Assembly: GCA_964035545.1 (NCBI GenBank)
Contig: OZ037769.1
Coordinates: 5,375,929-5,439,928, forward strand
Direction of reading: 5' to 3'
DNA from: Bugula neritina
Lineage: Eukaryota > Animalia > Bryozoa
DNA: 64,000 nucleotides
Shown: piece after piece, positions 41,748-56,167 of the stretch
Layout of the letters: every line of letters starts with the position of its first letter
How positions within the stretch are numbered: position 1 is the stretch's first letter
Notes under the pieces: generated by a model
The model's input: the letters and a program-made list of their open reading frames with translations, nothing else
Told to the model about the DNA's origin: nothing
Databases searched by the model: none
Translations under genes and position numbers: made by a program

Positions 41748-43909
41748 TTAATATTTGATCGATTGATCTTGAGCTGTAAAATTGATTAATATATTTCGTA
41801 GTAGTTCTCTTGATACTTTAATGATAGCTATTTTTCTAGAATACATTTACAAATATAAAAATATTTAAATAAGAATTTTTTTCATCAGTAAACTATTGTT
41901 TAGATTCCATTTATCACATTAATGAAGAGACAACTCCATTCACTAAAAACTAAAATATTGCCCAATAGCATCTTAAGTAATTTCAAATGAAAAGTCAAGA
42001 ATGTTGTTAACTTTCATGCGTAGCTTTGTAAGTACACTGAGCTCGAGATAGAAATCCAGCTTTTTATATTGTCTATATTGTTTACATGTTTAGAGTTACT
42101 TCACAAATATACTGCATATATGCTCAATGATTACATATTGACAAGATAGCACTACCTTCGTAACCAACGTGTTGTCCATCTACAGACGACTTCTTCTTAC
42201 GGCAGCAGCAGCAGTAGATGATCAGTGGAACAACCACAAACACTGTAATTCCAAGGAGTATAAAGCCAATTATGGCTCCAGCCAGTCTCCCTGGACTAAA
42301 ATATACATCAACAAGTCAGGATTGTAGATATTAAGCAGTAAAAGATTTATAGTTGAGAAACTTTTATGTTACTAGAGAGTTGTGAATTGTTAGAATAGTA
42401 CTAGTTTAGCAAATGTTTATAGTATTGTGAGTTGTCTGTCCATAAATGACCTCTAACTCATGCAAACTTAACATTAATGTTTTTGCTAATCTCCTTTTAT
42501 ATGTCACTAATGAAAGGAAAGTCTAAAAACCAAACCTTTTCAACTTCTCCTAACCAGAAATATTGAGAGCATAAGCAGTGATACATGCAGAAAAGTGTTT
42601 TGAATTTAGCAGGTGAAACAATATTCAACTTTTTCAAACTTAATAATTTACTGGTGCTACTTAGTACTTTCAGAAGCAAACAAAGCAGTTAAAGGCACTT
42701 GCAAGTGATGCTTGATCTACTCACTCTTGCCAAAACGTGCAACATCTCTGAGTGTCAGAGGGACCACAACAATATACGTAATCAGGTTTGTCTGTTGGCC
42801 AATAAGGGCACACGAAATACGCCCCCTCCTTGGTAGTATTAGACAGATCCACCACACTACTGTTGGTCGTGTAGCAAATCGGTGGTTCTGTAATATCAAT
42901 TGAATGACAACACAAACCTTAGATATACTATATCTAAATAGATCATGTAGAATCTGTATTATTTACTCACTGTTACATTATGACATGTATGTATCAATTG
43001 TGTTGTTTACATCTTGCTTTGGTAGTTTCACATGCGTGACTGACATTAACTATTGAAAGTAAGTCACACCTTCTAGTTCACTATCCTTATACATAGTGAA
43101 ATTCAAGTAATTATTAAATGCACACTTATTCAAAAGAAATAAAATATTATGTTTCTATCGTTTTATATTTTACGACACGTTCTTTATAATTATTTTTGTC
43201 ATTTTTAAAAATTAAGAAAGTCATCAAATTTTTAATATGAGACAAGTTAGATAAGGTTTACCTGCTTTATAGTGAGATGTGCCGTAGAACCTAGCTCTAT
43301 ATCTTGTAACTCCGCCTACATAGAACCCGGCAGCTACGGCTGACCTGTACCCGGACCCTGAATACCCTCCTGACACCCTGGCAGCAGACGATCTGCTTGA
43401 ACTACCTCTACTACCTGCAGAACCACCTCTACCTCCAGATGACCCACCACCTCGCCTGGCAGTCACACCATCTACAAGAAAGTAACGAGCTTCAACACTG
43501 GCTGATGAATTGTTTTACACCAGAAAAGGCTGTCAATGTAATGCATGTATGCGCAGGTAAAGTGTGGGTTCCCCTCAGCAATATAAGAAAATAGCAAGCT
43601 ATATGCATGAGGAAATTTTATACCTGCAGTTTTTAGGACATTAGCTATAGAGCTTAGCTTGAAGGTAACAGGACAAGTATAACACACTGTTACAAGTCTT
43701 GTAAAAATTTGTCAAGCAAAGAAATTGAGAATTTTACATTGCTTTATATGATGCAGACATCAGCCAAATAGCCATTGTATCATCTGCAATACTTCAGTAA
43801 ATATTGACTTAACACTTCAAGAGAAATTTCCATAATTTAGAATAAAGCACTTACCATATGTTGAAGTCAACAACAATGTGACAGCTAAAGTTGTTAGTAA
43901 GAGCTTCAT
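41748..43909 (-). CDS. Shisa-like single-pass protein, paralogue 2, with a Gly/Arg/Ser-rich N-terminal exon
   Basis: Approximate exons 43855-43909 (signal peptide), 43262-43471 (RRGGGSSGGRGG..AVAAG), 42725-42897 (Cys-rich), 42156-42296 (TM + CCCC), 41748-41773. Confidence 0.72.
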
Positions 43910-44507
43910 GTGTCTACACTAGTTGTTTCCTGTAGTAATATATAGGTCATCTTATAACACAAAATGTAACCTTTTTTAGACTGTTGCCTGCCAAAGCCAT
44001 CTCAGACTATGCAATGCAACAAGCCGCAGTGATCACCAGTATTTTAATTATATTTTTACAAATATTGAATATACCTACGTATTATAGTAGTTGTAACTTG
44101 TAATTGTATTACAACATAGATTATAAATCTAATGAGATATTATTGCATACACAACAACAGTGTGTCTATAACAATATTTCTATCTTGCATCATTGTATCA
44201 CAGACAGCATTGTATAATACAATATAACAGTATACATGTACTATAGATATTATCTATAGTACATGTATGCTTCTTAAAAGCATGTAATTATGAAAAGAAC
44301 TGAATGTAAAATTTAACCCAATAGAAAAACATATCTTTAGAAGAAGCAGTGTAATTATACAAGATGCTACTTGAAAGGTCTGCTTGTATAATTAGAGACT
44401 CATAAAATTTAGTCAACCTAATACAACATATTTTTTACAACATACTAAGAAAGTTAAACTATATTATAACAGAGCATGTTGTTAGAGATACCCTAAACAT
44501 CAAATGC

Positions 44508-44606
44508 TTAACAAATTATTCATTGCTTTCAATTTCAATCTATTTTTATTATAGGGTACACAATCTTCAACAATTTGATTTTCAAAAAGAGGTCAGAAAC
44601 TTTTAA
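44508..44606 (+). repeat. Dispersed repeat, second copy at about 48535-48647
   Basis: GATACCCTAAACAT..ATGCTTAACAAATTATTCA..TTTGATTTT.AAAAAG.GGTCAG is shared by both copies. Confidence 0.7.
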
Positions 44607-45795
44607 ATTTAATCTGCATTAGCTAAAGATTTGTTCTAGATTGTAAATATTATTGATTTGCATACTTCAAACTTTACATTGAAAATGTACTTATAGGTAG
44701 AAAAACTTTTACAAAAACTAACTTTTGAAATCATTTAATAATTTTAAAAAAGATACTAGCCTACCCTGACAGTAATCACCTACTAATCAATTATACAATT
44801 TGGTTGAAAATACACAATTAAGTCTGCATCAAAACTTTTAATTACTATGTAAAATGTGAAACTTCAAACAAGTGCACTGTATATGAATAATAAATCTACT
44901 CTCTACACTCTACAGTATAGGTATAATACACAATCAGCTTACGTGATAGCTGTTGTCATTTTAGTTCACAAATGTATGCTTTAAGTTTAAAAGCATAATA
45001 AATCATGAATTAATACAAACCTTCTAGTAATGTATAATCGAATTAAAGGAATATAGTTTTGTCACCTACATTGTTTTTATATACATTTGTATCAACAACA
45101 CGCATAAAATTTCACATATTATACTTACTGTATATACTTCAACTGTAGGAGTAGAATATAGACAACTAGTACATATGACAATGACTAACTACAGTCCAGC
45201 ATATATACTAAATACTTAAACAATGTACACAGTTGGTGATAAGATTGAAACTTATACAAACAGATATTTATTTGCTCTTACAAAACTAAGAGTATTATCT
45301 GAATTGACGTATTATAACATACCTTGCAATAGTGAAATCATAATCATATGACAATTATACAAGCCAGTGGTTCAATAAAGAGAAATAATTAGCTTATAGG
45401 AAAATTCCTGTTGATAAGTTATTTTTAGCATAATATATGATGGCCCAAGGATTACTTAATGGATTGTAGAGGACTCTAAATTTTGTTCCTCATTTCATAA
45501 TGTGAACTGTGGATGTGCTGTAACCATTTGCTGTATTTCTCAGCTTGGATAAAACAATTTATGTGTCATTTTTACCTGTGCCATTATTACCTGGGCCAGT
45601 TTTAACCGACACTATATTTATTATAATTATCACCTATTTATACTTGTATTTATTCATTTTGAGAATGGCAAAAGGCTCGGTATTCTATAAAAATAGTTCC
45701 GATAGAAAAGTTGCAAGTCTCACATCAACTTACTACTTTTGGTGTATCAACCTTGACCCTAAACCAAACCACACAGAAAATTAAATGAGTTAGAC

Positions 45796-46119
45796 CAGGG
45801 CTGCCCAACAGGCGGCCCCAAGGCCAGATGCGGCTCCCAGCCTGTGTCTATGTGGCCCTCAATGGCATAAACCTAAAATTGTTTTTCATAGTATATATAA
45901 ATTAAAGTAAAAACTACCTTTTTAGATGTCTTATTTATACACATGCTACAACACATGCAGCCTGCATTAACTATTGAGACTTGAAAAAATTTGGAATAAA
46001 ATAATTTGAAAAATACTGACGCTGTGGCCCCCACCTCAAGCTAAAGTTTAAAATGTGGCCTTCACCACCATAATATTCTCTTTCAGTGGCCCTTGCTCTG
46101 AAAAGCTTGGTCACCCCTG
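45796..46119. mobile_element. hAT-type non-autonomous element (MITE)
   Basis: CAGGG...CCCTG ends, subterminal (T/C)GGCCC motifs, degenerate 8-bp TSD AGTTAGAC / AGTCAGGC. Confidence 0.7.
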
Positions 46120-47140
46120 AGTCAGGCTAATTAAATTTCCCTGTTAGTGCACTTAATTATTTCAACAGCAGGCGTTAAAGTGGATGACTATCTGCCTGGT
46201 CAGAGATAATCCATCAAGTTGAGTTGCTGCATGATAATGGTTAATAGATGAAATTCAATCCAATATCACCGCAACTGCTAGCCATGTGTATGCAACTACA
46301 AAATGTATTATCTCAATGTACATTACATATAGTGTTCTCTTATTGTACATTTAGTGCCTACAATCAAGCATATTCTATATATTTAAAAATAAATCAATTT
46401 GTATGATCATTGACTGTTGTTTCTGAAGTTAGGTAAAAGTAATTCCAAGTTCTAAATAAGCCAACGGAAAAAAGATTTGAAACCTCTCTAGCCAGCCTTC
46501 TTAAACAAAGAATGTTGGAGAGAAACCAATTCTTCATGGGCTACCTTGTGTGCTTCATCTAGTATAATGATAAAAGTTCAGCAACAATCAATTGTATTTC
46601 TGACAGTGTCAGGAGGGACAACCTATAGCAATGAACAGCTCCAAACCCCTCCACACAAAACAGCCGTAAAATTGTGAAACCAACTAAAATAATGTACAGT
46701 ATAGTTATTAAGAAGTTGTTTGCTTGCAAACTTTAAAAAAATTTAATTGAGCTTCATTATTAGAATTATAAAGCGAATTATCATCTAAGGTTGAATAAAC
46801 TCTGTAGCTTTTTAGGCAGTATTTTAGTTTCAGTAGACAACAATTGACGGTGAAGACATCAATTTTATTAGCTAGCTTCAACAACTAAAAGCGACTCAAC
46901 AACAATAAAAGTGTAAGAGAAACCAGTTGTTATCAAGTTAAAGCTTATAATCAGCTTATTAAGCCATCTTCTCTAAACAGCTGATAAACTATCTCATTTG
47001 GTCTACTACCAAAGTCTATATATATTCAGTCCTTGAGAGCTAAATCTACTAAGCTTAGCCATATAGCAGTTCAAATAGAACTCATTAGTTATTTATTGTA
47101 ATACTATACCATTAAATTCTAAATATCGAGTAGCAAAATG

Positions 47141-50100
47141 TTACTGACTTTTAATTATTTTTATCATGCTTTCAGAAAGCACAGTTCTGTAGAGCCTTAT
47201 ATAGCAGTAAGTAACACCAAAGGATGTGTATACAGACATGAGTAAAAGAGGTAGGAAAGGCAGTCTCTCTGATAATCCGAGCAGGCGATGACCCATGCCG
47301 TAGTATAATATGACCACTACTAAGCCATACAAGTAACACATCTCGTACTTGGACAATAGGCAGTGTGCAGGGGCAGATGACTTCACTTCCCTGTAAATAT
47401 ACACATTAAATTTAAGGCATTAAAAAAACTCACGCAAGTTTATTGTCTCCATCCCTGATGAAAAAAGTTTTTGTTAAATCGGGCTAAGGACTTATTCATA
47501 TGTGACACATGAGCAATTATGATTGGATGCTCTTCCTAACATCACCAATGGCTTTTGACATTAAATAAGGCATCACACGGGGTAAAATTAACAAATTGCC
47601 CAACAAGATCTCCATATGTGAAACACAGAACTTGATATTTAGAGCGGAAAAAGGCTTTATTTACGTTTAACATTTTACACTTTAAATGGCTGGCTTCTAC
47701 CATTATTTTATATATTTTTATTCTAAAATTAAGCATGGCGTACTTTTTTCACGAGACTCATGACAAATTTTATATAATTTAGCAAAGTTGTTGAAAATGG
47801 TCGATTTTATCCTTAAAAATTATATCACATCATCATAGTCACACCACACACAACATACACGTCTTGGTCACATCATGGCCACATTACAATTATATCATAG
47901 TTGGACACACAATGATCACATTTGAGTCACATTTTGTAAATTATTTCAAAGCAATAAGTATTGTGCAGCTTACAATGTCTGAGTTACCAGATGTAGTGAC
48001 ATCCAAGAGTAGATGGAATAAGCAGCCAGCCCAAAGTACAGCACAGGTTGTTCTGTAATAAGAATAAGCAAAATACAAGTCTATTAGAGAAAGCCTTGGT
48101 TACAATATTCCAATACTATATCATTAATTATTACTATGGTGATTGAAAATCATAATACAATACTGGCAGGCCTACGTTTAAAACAATTTTATAAAAATAA
48201 ACACTTTAATTCCTAATTCATGACACAGGATATTGAACTGTTTAGTCTGCTTAGCTGTTTATTCATGAGCTAGTCCAGGGAGTTATCATTTCTCTACTAC
48301 AGCCAGTCACAAGTTAAATTGACAAGGAAACAAGTTCAACTCATTTTTTGTATTGGAAAATTAACTTGGTCATACAGCCCAAAAAAACCAATTCCTCGTT
48401 TAACTTTAACCATCACACATGCATTAATGTTATCATAAAAAGAAATTAGGTAGAGCACGTAGAGGTTTAACATAATATTCTGATTTAATTTTGTTTTCTG
48501 CGCCAATTCAATAAACTCACCAAAAATATGAAAGGATACCCTAAACATTAAATGGAACTATGCTTAACAAATTATTCACTGTTTTCGATTTCAATTTAAT
48601 TTTATTAGAGTATACAATTACACTATTTGATTTTTAAAAAGTGGTCAGCAACGTTTAAATTATGTTGCAAGTAATCTAGCCTTAACCAGTAACACCTATT
48701 CAACTAATAACTACCCACAAATTGCCATAAGATCCTACATAAAGAACTTACCAAACTGCGTAAATATTAAGGGGAGCAGTGAGCAGTGCCCCGTAATAGA
48801 TAGAAAAAGAAAGTGCCGAGTGTACTGTGGATTGTCTACAGCAAGCAGAGCTAGAGGTATGATGACCAGTAGAATTGCCTTTTCATGCACATGCCAGCCA
48901 AACATGAAGGAGGTAAATCCACACAGTATGAGTGACTTGAGAAAGCTCTTCGGACCAATGGGGTTGTTCCACAAGTGTATTACGGACGGCTGAAAGCAGA
49001 TGAACATTATACAGCCTGCCATATTGAAGTCATATTACAACGTGACTGACAGTTCAAAGGATCAAAATGACTTCTTTTACAATAAAAATAATTCACTGAA
49101 CTTTAATGAGCTGCCGGGTAAGTATTTGGATATCGGATGGAAGATAATTATTTTCTCCAAGAAATCTGCATTAAATTGGATTGGAGTTCCATGAAGCAAG
49201 AGAAAACTAATTAATTGGCAAAATAATTACATGAAAAAACACACCAAATCAACTGTGTGTGTAGATTCGTGTGTAGATGTGTGTGTAGATGTGTATGTAA
49301 ATGTGTGTGTAGATGTGTGTGTAGATGCGTGTGTAGATGCGTGTGTAGATGTGTATGTAGATGTGTGTGTAGATGCGTGTGTAGATGCATGTGTGGGCAT
49401 ATTATGCATGTGATTCATGATTTAAACAAAAGTTGAAAGATACCATTTGGAAAAATTAAGCAAACAGAAGTATGCTCTTATGGATGCAAGGTCAACAAAG
49501 TCAACAGTAAAATAATATTTCACTCTATTGAATTAAAACACAAAAGTAAAAACTAACCAGTATAAAGAGAGCTGTTAATATAAAAGTAGCCAAAGGTTTA
49601 ACAGAAGGTAGAACAGCATGATTGAACTCCTGCACTAGGCCCCCTGTCATAGCAGCCGATTCGTTTGATAGTGGAACAAGGTCTAATTTTCTACCTACAA
49701 CATATTTTCCGGTGTTTAGTGCTAGTACTACACCAACTAATACCTGTAAATAGTCGCAAACCAAAAAATTAGATGAAATAACTTCTAAAATTAACATTCC
49801 AGCAATCTTTTAGGAAGCAGGACGTGGTCTAGGGGTTGGAGCACTAACTTAGTAAACCTGAAGTCATGGGTTCAAACCCCAGTAAAGGTCATTGGTGATG
49901 CTAGGAAGAACATCCACTCATAATTTCTCCTCTGCCCCATCTGAATAAGTCCTTAGCCTAATTTAACAAAAACCTTTTCCATCAGGCGTGGTGACTATAA
50001 ACTCGCACAAGTTGTCCAGGCAACTTTGTTAATAACACAACACCAACAAAATATAATGTGTAAATACAGGAATAGATTGGCCAGCTTACCTGTAATATAA

Positions 50101-53100
50101 AGTGCCTTATCAGCCATGTTATAGAGAGCCCAGAAGTTAGGGGCCCAGTAGGCGTGGCATAGACCTCTCTTAAATGGGAACAGTCTAGATATGACTTGAG
50201 CCAACTGACCCTGGTTTGTTAATATAACATCTTTCAGACAATTGAAGTGGATGACAAAGAGAAAATGTGAACAGCTAGTATTGTGAGAAACTCTAAGGCT
50301 AAAATTGTAAACTAAAGTAAATCGAGAGCTAAGAAGGCGGACAGACGTAGAGATTTCAACTAAATGTTCTCTCAATCATATTGATGATGACTCAGTTATT
50401 GACTCATCACAGCAGAGATGAGTCATACTGATTATAAGCCATACTGAGAGTGACTCAGTGACTCTAGTAGTTCACTTAGTCATTGCAATGACTCTACCAT
50501 TAAACGAGTATGTAGAATTTTATGATTTGATTACTACAACCTTCCGTTAAAAGAGAACTTAAGACAAATAGCTATGGTAGTAAAAACAAAAGATTTCATC
50601 GTAAACATGTAAAATGAATGCATATATAAACATATGATGCAACATAAAGTACAACATAATATGAATACATAACAAACCAGGTATATAAACGGACCAAATG
50701 ACATTCCAAACACACATACGACTATGACAGCAAGCACCAAGAACTTGTATACGGAGAAAGTCTTCCAGAGTACACTCCCATCTACAACAATATGCGGGAA
50801 TATCACTGTTTAGCTTTTCATACTTTAGATAACTCCAATACAACACAGCACGCCTTATCCAGGCTGAAATTGTCTTACAACAGTATGGCATATAACATGA
50901 TTGCATATTTATTAAGCAAGCTTTCATGGAAGTACATTTTCTCATCATAATCCAACTGTCAAATTACACAGAATAAATAATAAATTTAAAATGCACAAAA
51001 GTTACATTTTAATTAGGTTGCCCAAAATAAGTCTTTTAATAGGAGCTTACAAAGAGCTTTGCAAAATTACTTAAAATTCTACGGCAAAATCTTATACGGC
51101 CACTAGATTGATTATTTTTCATTGCATGTGCAGTTGTCCCCTTTCCATAAATATGAGTAAGAGGAGACAACTCTTACAGTGTGACTACGCTTTCACTGTG
51201 CTTTAAGAATATTATCAAATATTAATACATAAAAACAAATTAGATCAAAAGTCTCTCATAAATAATATATATTTATATAGAAGCAGCAACAAATACACAT
51301 GAACATTATTATACAATGAGCCATATAGCCTAATTATATAAGATTACATTATAACATGTAGGTCAGTTCTAAGTTTCTGTATTATAACGTATTGTAACTT
51401 ACCTTTAGTAGAGCTTTTAAAGCAGTACACTCTCAGAAGGTATATGCCATAGGCAGGGGCAATGTACAAGAATATGTGCTTAAAATTGAGTAAAGTGGCA
51501 AAGTGTAGTGCAGATGTTACATAGTGTCTCTAAAACAAACAACACCAGTTGTACATTCTAGTAAATAGTGGATAAGCTTTAAATATAACTTCTACTTAAG
51601 GAAACTATGTGCATTTATTGTAATATGCTAATAATTACACAAACACAATACATTATATCAGTAAAACCTCTATAACTACTAATATTAGACATTATGTAAA
51701 AGCTATACTATATCTATCTAATTATTCATACAGTGAAAATTAAAAGTAAAAATCAGTTTGGTTGCTTAAATGCAGCTCAAAAGTAAAGTGGTACATAGTT
51801 AATATGACATAAAATAGAATATTAAATTGTCTTACTTGGTACATTGACAATATGGAATAGAGGAGGATTCCAAATAGAAACCCGTTATACTGAAAGTGAA
51901 TATCTGGAATACAGAAGTTAAAGAAATTGTCATTTCACCAGAATTACTACTTTTATCACTCATAACAGGAAATGGTCATAACAATCAATAAAACAACCCA
52001 ACGTCTTACAGTTTGCCACCTCCACTAACTAAGGAGTTAAATTTCTCAGTTTGAAAACTTTAATGCTCAAACTGAATGTAAAGAAACGTCTATTTTCAAA
52101 ACTTTGCTTACTCAAATTCTTATGCTAAGTCACATGTGAATCTATTTCATTTCAGCGCTAATCTCAAACAGACACAATGTAAACTGAAACATATTAATAC
52201 TAGTAGGGCAGACAAATGTTTAATAAATAACTACAAAACCTCTGATTTATTGACAACTGCTAGCTAAAAGTTACTGCTGTATAGTACTAGAAATATGATT
52301 ACTAAAATCTGATTTACTATAGAGCTGAGAGTAAAATCTAATATAATATATACTATAAAATACAATTTTATACACACTATATAATAATATATAGTATATA
52401 CTAATAACTATAATATAATATATACCATATATAATGTGTAGAAACAATTTAAGAAGTAAAAGTTGGTAAAGCATTAAAGTAACTACGAAGGAAATATTGA
52501 GTTCTATTATAATGAACTAATAAATTAATAATAAGATAATGTTTTGTTCTCAAAATATAAATTTATGAAGCAGTTGAGTAATTTATGAAACTTAAGGTTT
52601 AACATGCAATTTTGGTTACGAATGCAACACATATCCCAATGTTTGAGAGGCAAGACATTTGAATGAAGAGAGTCTAAGTTAAGAAAAGGATACGATCTAT
52701 TATGAAAAGTCCAAAATTAGCCATTAGTAGAACCCCAACAATGACTTTTGGGTCAGAGATGAGTGGATGAGATGCCCCTGTTACTTTCTTTCCTGGCACG
52801 CAGGTCGTACAGAAACTAGTCCATGTTAAACAACAAAAATGCTATTAAAATGCACCATCACAGAATAATATAAGAAAGAAAATACAGTGCTCCCTCTACA
52901 CCTCACTACACTAAGCCACGGTTTCAAAAACCTCAATTCCTGACATAGTAGAATACTATATTTAACCCACAGGTCTGGCAAATTCAGCCATTTGGCCCTA
53001 TAGCACATACATAATCCCTATGATCTATAGAATTTCGTGAGAAATGGAATCGTGACATACAAAGAGACCACTGTATGTGTATAGTTCAGCTTAGCCATGC

Positions 53101-53976
53101 AGTACACAATTGATTTATTAGAAATAGCAAAACTTTAAAACAGAATATATTGAAACATTGTTTTTATAACATGAGGGTGTAAGTGAAACACTTACCTGTA
53201 AGCAGCTTTCAGGTAAAGGAGGTCCGCTGCCGCAACAGTTAGTCTGTGGAACAGGATGCTGCTGTAGCTGACGTAGTTGAGATTACTAACTTTGAGCATG
53301 GCAGAGTCAAACAATGGAGCAAACTGGGATAGTGTGAACTCAAACCATGCAAACAAAGGAGGGTAGTCTAAGGTCCATTCAGATGTGTTCTAAAAATTAC
53401 AAGCAGTAGGCACGCAGGCTAACATATTCACATACTTCCTACAGTTTCTCAACAAGAAGTACACACCTTGTTAAAATAATATACTATTACAACATTATGC
53501 AGCTTGTATTGTATGAAAAAAATTATTAATTATAATCATGAAGCTACTATAAGTTTGTACAAATGTATTCTTTTCTCCTAAACACCAGGCAACAAGTGAG
53601 GAGCTAAATAGACTCTATTATATGCAGACATAAACACACCTCTGTATACCACTTATCCATTGGAAGAGAGTGGGTTATAGCCAGCCAGTTTCTGTGTACC
53701 TCATAATCTGTAGATCTACTACAAAATCCATGCATTACCGATGAAAAGCATGCATTATGAGTCTTAAAAGTTTTAAGTGGAATAGGAAAAAACCTGTGAA
53801 AATCCAGAAATTACATTTTGATTAAAATAATAATTTTGACTGAAAGCTGACTACAGATTAGCCTGATGAATTGACTTCTAGTTAGTTAACACTTACTACA
53901 TGTTCACCATCAGTAGCTTAGTAAAACTCAGACAAGTGGCTACGCACACCAACAGCACATTTTCCTGCTTTGTCAT
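47141..53976 (-). CDS. ALG8: Dolichyl-P-Glc:Glc1Man9GlcNAc2-PP-dolichol alpha-1,3-glucosyltransferase
   Basis: Exons encode [105 protein letters not shown]; ATG at 53976. Confidence 0.93.
47428..47557 (-). mobile_element. tRNA-derived SINE, partial
   Basis: Same family core and tail. Confidence 0.75.
49255..49395. repeat. 12-bp minisatellite (GTGTGTAGATGY)n
   Basis: About 11 units inside an ALG8 intron. Confidence 0.9.
49814..50012 (+). mobile_element. tRNA-derived SINE copy
   Basis: A-box GTGGTCTAGGGGTTGG, B-box GGGTTCAAACCC, family core and tail. Confidence 0.8.
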
Positions 53977-56167
53977 ATTCTCCCAGGACAATATTCTAAA
54001 AGACAAACACCTTAGCCTTTAGAATCAACCCTGCTAATATCACTACATTTTAGTACTATATGTTGCTAAAAAGTGAAGACTTTTGATTGATTACTAGACA
54101 ATAATACTACTTTAAAAACAAGCCATGTGTATTTCAAGTACAAGTTTTTTCTTCATCAATAGGAATGTCCTGGAAAAAAGTAAGCATGTATCAGATTGTT
54201 TTAATAATAATAGAACAGAACAGTGCAATGAACAGAACAGTGAAATGAAGTGTTTCAAAATAAACCAGTGGCCTCGTCAAAAATTTAATTGTAATATTCA
54301 GATATAATAAACATAATCACGATCATAATGATAATAATAATGTCCAATGATAATGACTAATGTCTAATGACTCACTCACTAGCCACAATCATGATCATTA
54401 TCATTATGAAAATCAAATTCAATTTATGATAATATAATATCATTATTAATAACGATAGTGAAATTAAATATCCCCTTCAATATGATAAACAGCATGAGTA
54501 TCAGTATCACTACCGCTATGATTATCAGTATCACCAGCCTATGTAACACTAACTTACTCTAACTGTAAGTTCGGAAATTATTCACTTCAATTTTAAATCA
54601 TAAATCAAAATGTAGTCATTATGATTATCACGATGGCTAATAGTAATACTAATAAGTAATAGTAATACACAAAAATGAAAACTACCAAAGTTATTATAAT
54701 TACAATCAAATTCACCATCATCATAATTATTTGAAGTCATATAATTCGTATTGATTTCCACTTTATGATTATTAACATTATTATCAATAAAAAGTGTGCA
54801 CGTTGACACCGCAAGATGTTATTTATATTATTATTATACTACCAATGAATCTCGTTAGTAACTTTAATTGGATAGCGTGTATTAGCTGTATTAGCGAAAC
54901 AAATTAGATATTTTGTAATTGATAGATCTTTATTCTCTAGCTTTTGATTGGATATAATCGTAGTTTTTGTCTAATCAAACTTCATCTTATATATTATAAT
55001 ACTTGACGAGTGTTAAAGCTGCTCTCACTAAGGAGTTATCTTTCCATCAATCTTCACTCGCAGTTCATCTCGAATTAGCCGGTACCATTAATAAGGAGGT
55101 TTCTAGAATCATGGGCTTTTCTTGAGTTTCTATGAGAATTTTTTACTGTATGAAATATTTTGAGTCCTGCTAATAATTTGGAAGAGATAAAGTTTTGTCA
55201 TATGTTGAAGCGGAAGCATACACACTTAGTTCAAGACATTAAAGTTGTGTACCCAATGTGCTGAGCAGATGAGGCAGTTGGTATTGATATAATGGTATGC
55301 TAGCTGAAAAATTGCGTAAAACAGGAACGTTTATTACATAGAAAAATAACTAGTCATAACTAGAAGCCAAAATAAGGTTAGGTAGTGGAAAATTCAGGGT
55401 TTTTAATCTCCACCAATTTAACAGTGAAATATACCTGTAGTTTGTAGACTTTATATTTTGAACTGTTTATATACCAGAGTTTCGTGAATAAACTAAAATT
55501 TAGCAACAAGACATAAATTTTATATTACATTATGTGACTGATGTCTGAAACTGCATGCTTATATATTGTTGCGAGTTTATATTTTTATCAATACTTAGTC
55601 TTCGCTCCAAAAAAACTTAGTGACTGTATACAGTATATCATCTTGTCCAAATTGTATTTTATTAGAAAAACTTACTGCATAACATTTAAATTAAATAAAA
55701 TATTTTTATACAAGAGTATATCTCTCATGCCTGCTAAAACTTTATTAATAAATGTTTTGCAAGGCTTTAATAAATCCTATCATATACATGTGTTATAATT
55801 GTAACTAAGCCAATAATATTTAACCATGCTTTCTGGTTGGCTACTAAACTCAAGTTTTACCATACAGCAGAGTAGTTAAATCAAAATTGAAAATAAAAAC
55901 AAGTTACAATGGCTGACATACAAACTACCAACTACATATTCTTTTAATGCTGCATAAAAAAACCACAATAAATAGGCAATTTTTTATCATGCATTCAACC
56001 CTTCATATTACCCGATAATAATTACACTGTTTTAGGCAGACTTCCTTCACCGCCTCTTATAACACATGAGAAGATTACTCTATAAGCGTTGCTATATAAT
56101 AAGATTGTCTGACACATCATATCCCATAATCCAAAGTCTACACTTGGAGTTATCTTCCTCTAAAGTT

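Noticed and set aside
49227-49418. ORFs with THAS/CVDV repeats
   Set aside because: Translation of an intronic 12-bp minisatellite.
49814-49890. tRNA gene
   Set aside because: A/B boxes are present but it is the head of a repeated SINE with a non-tRNA body; no convincing cloverleaf.
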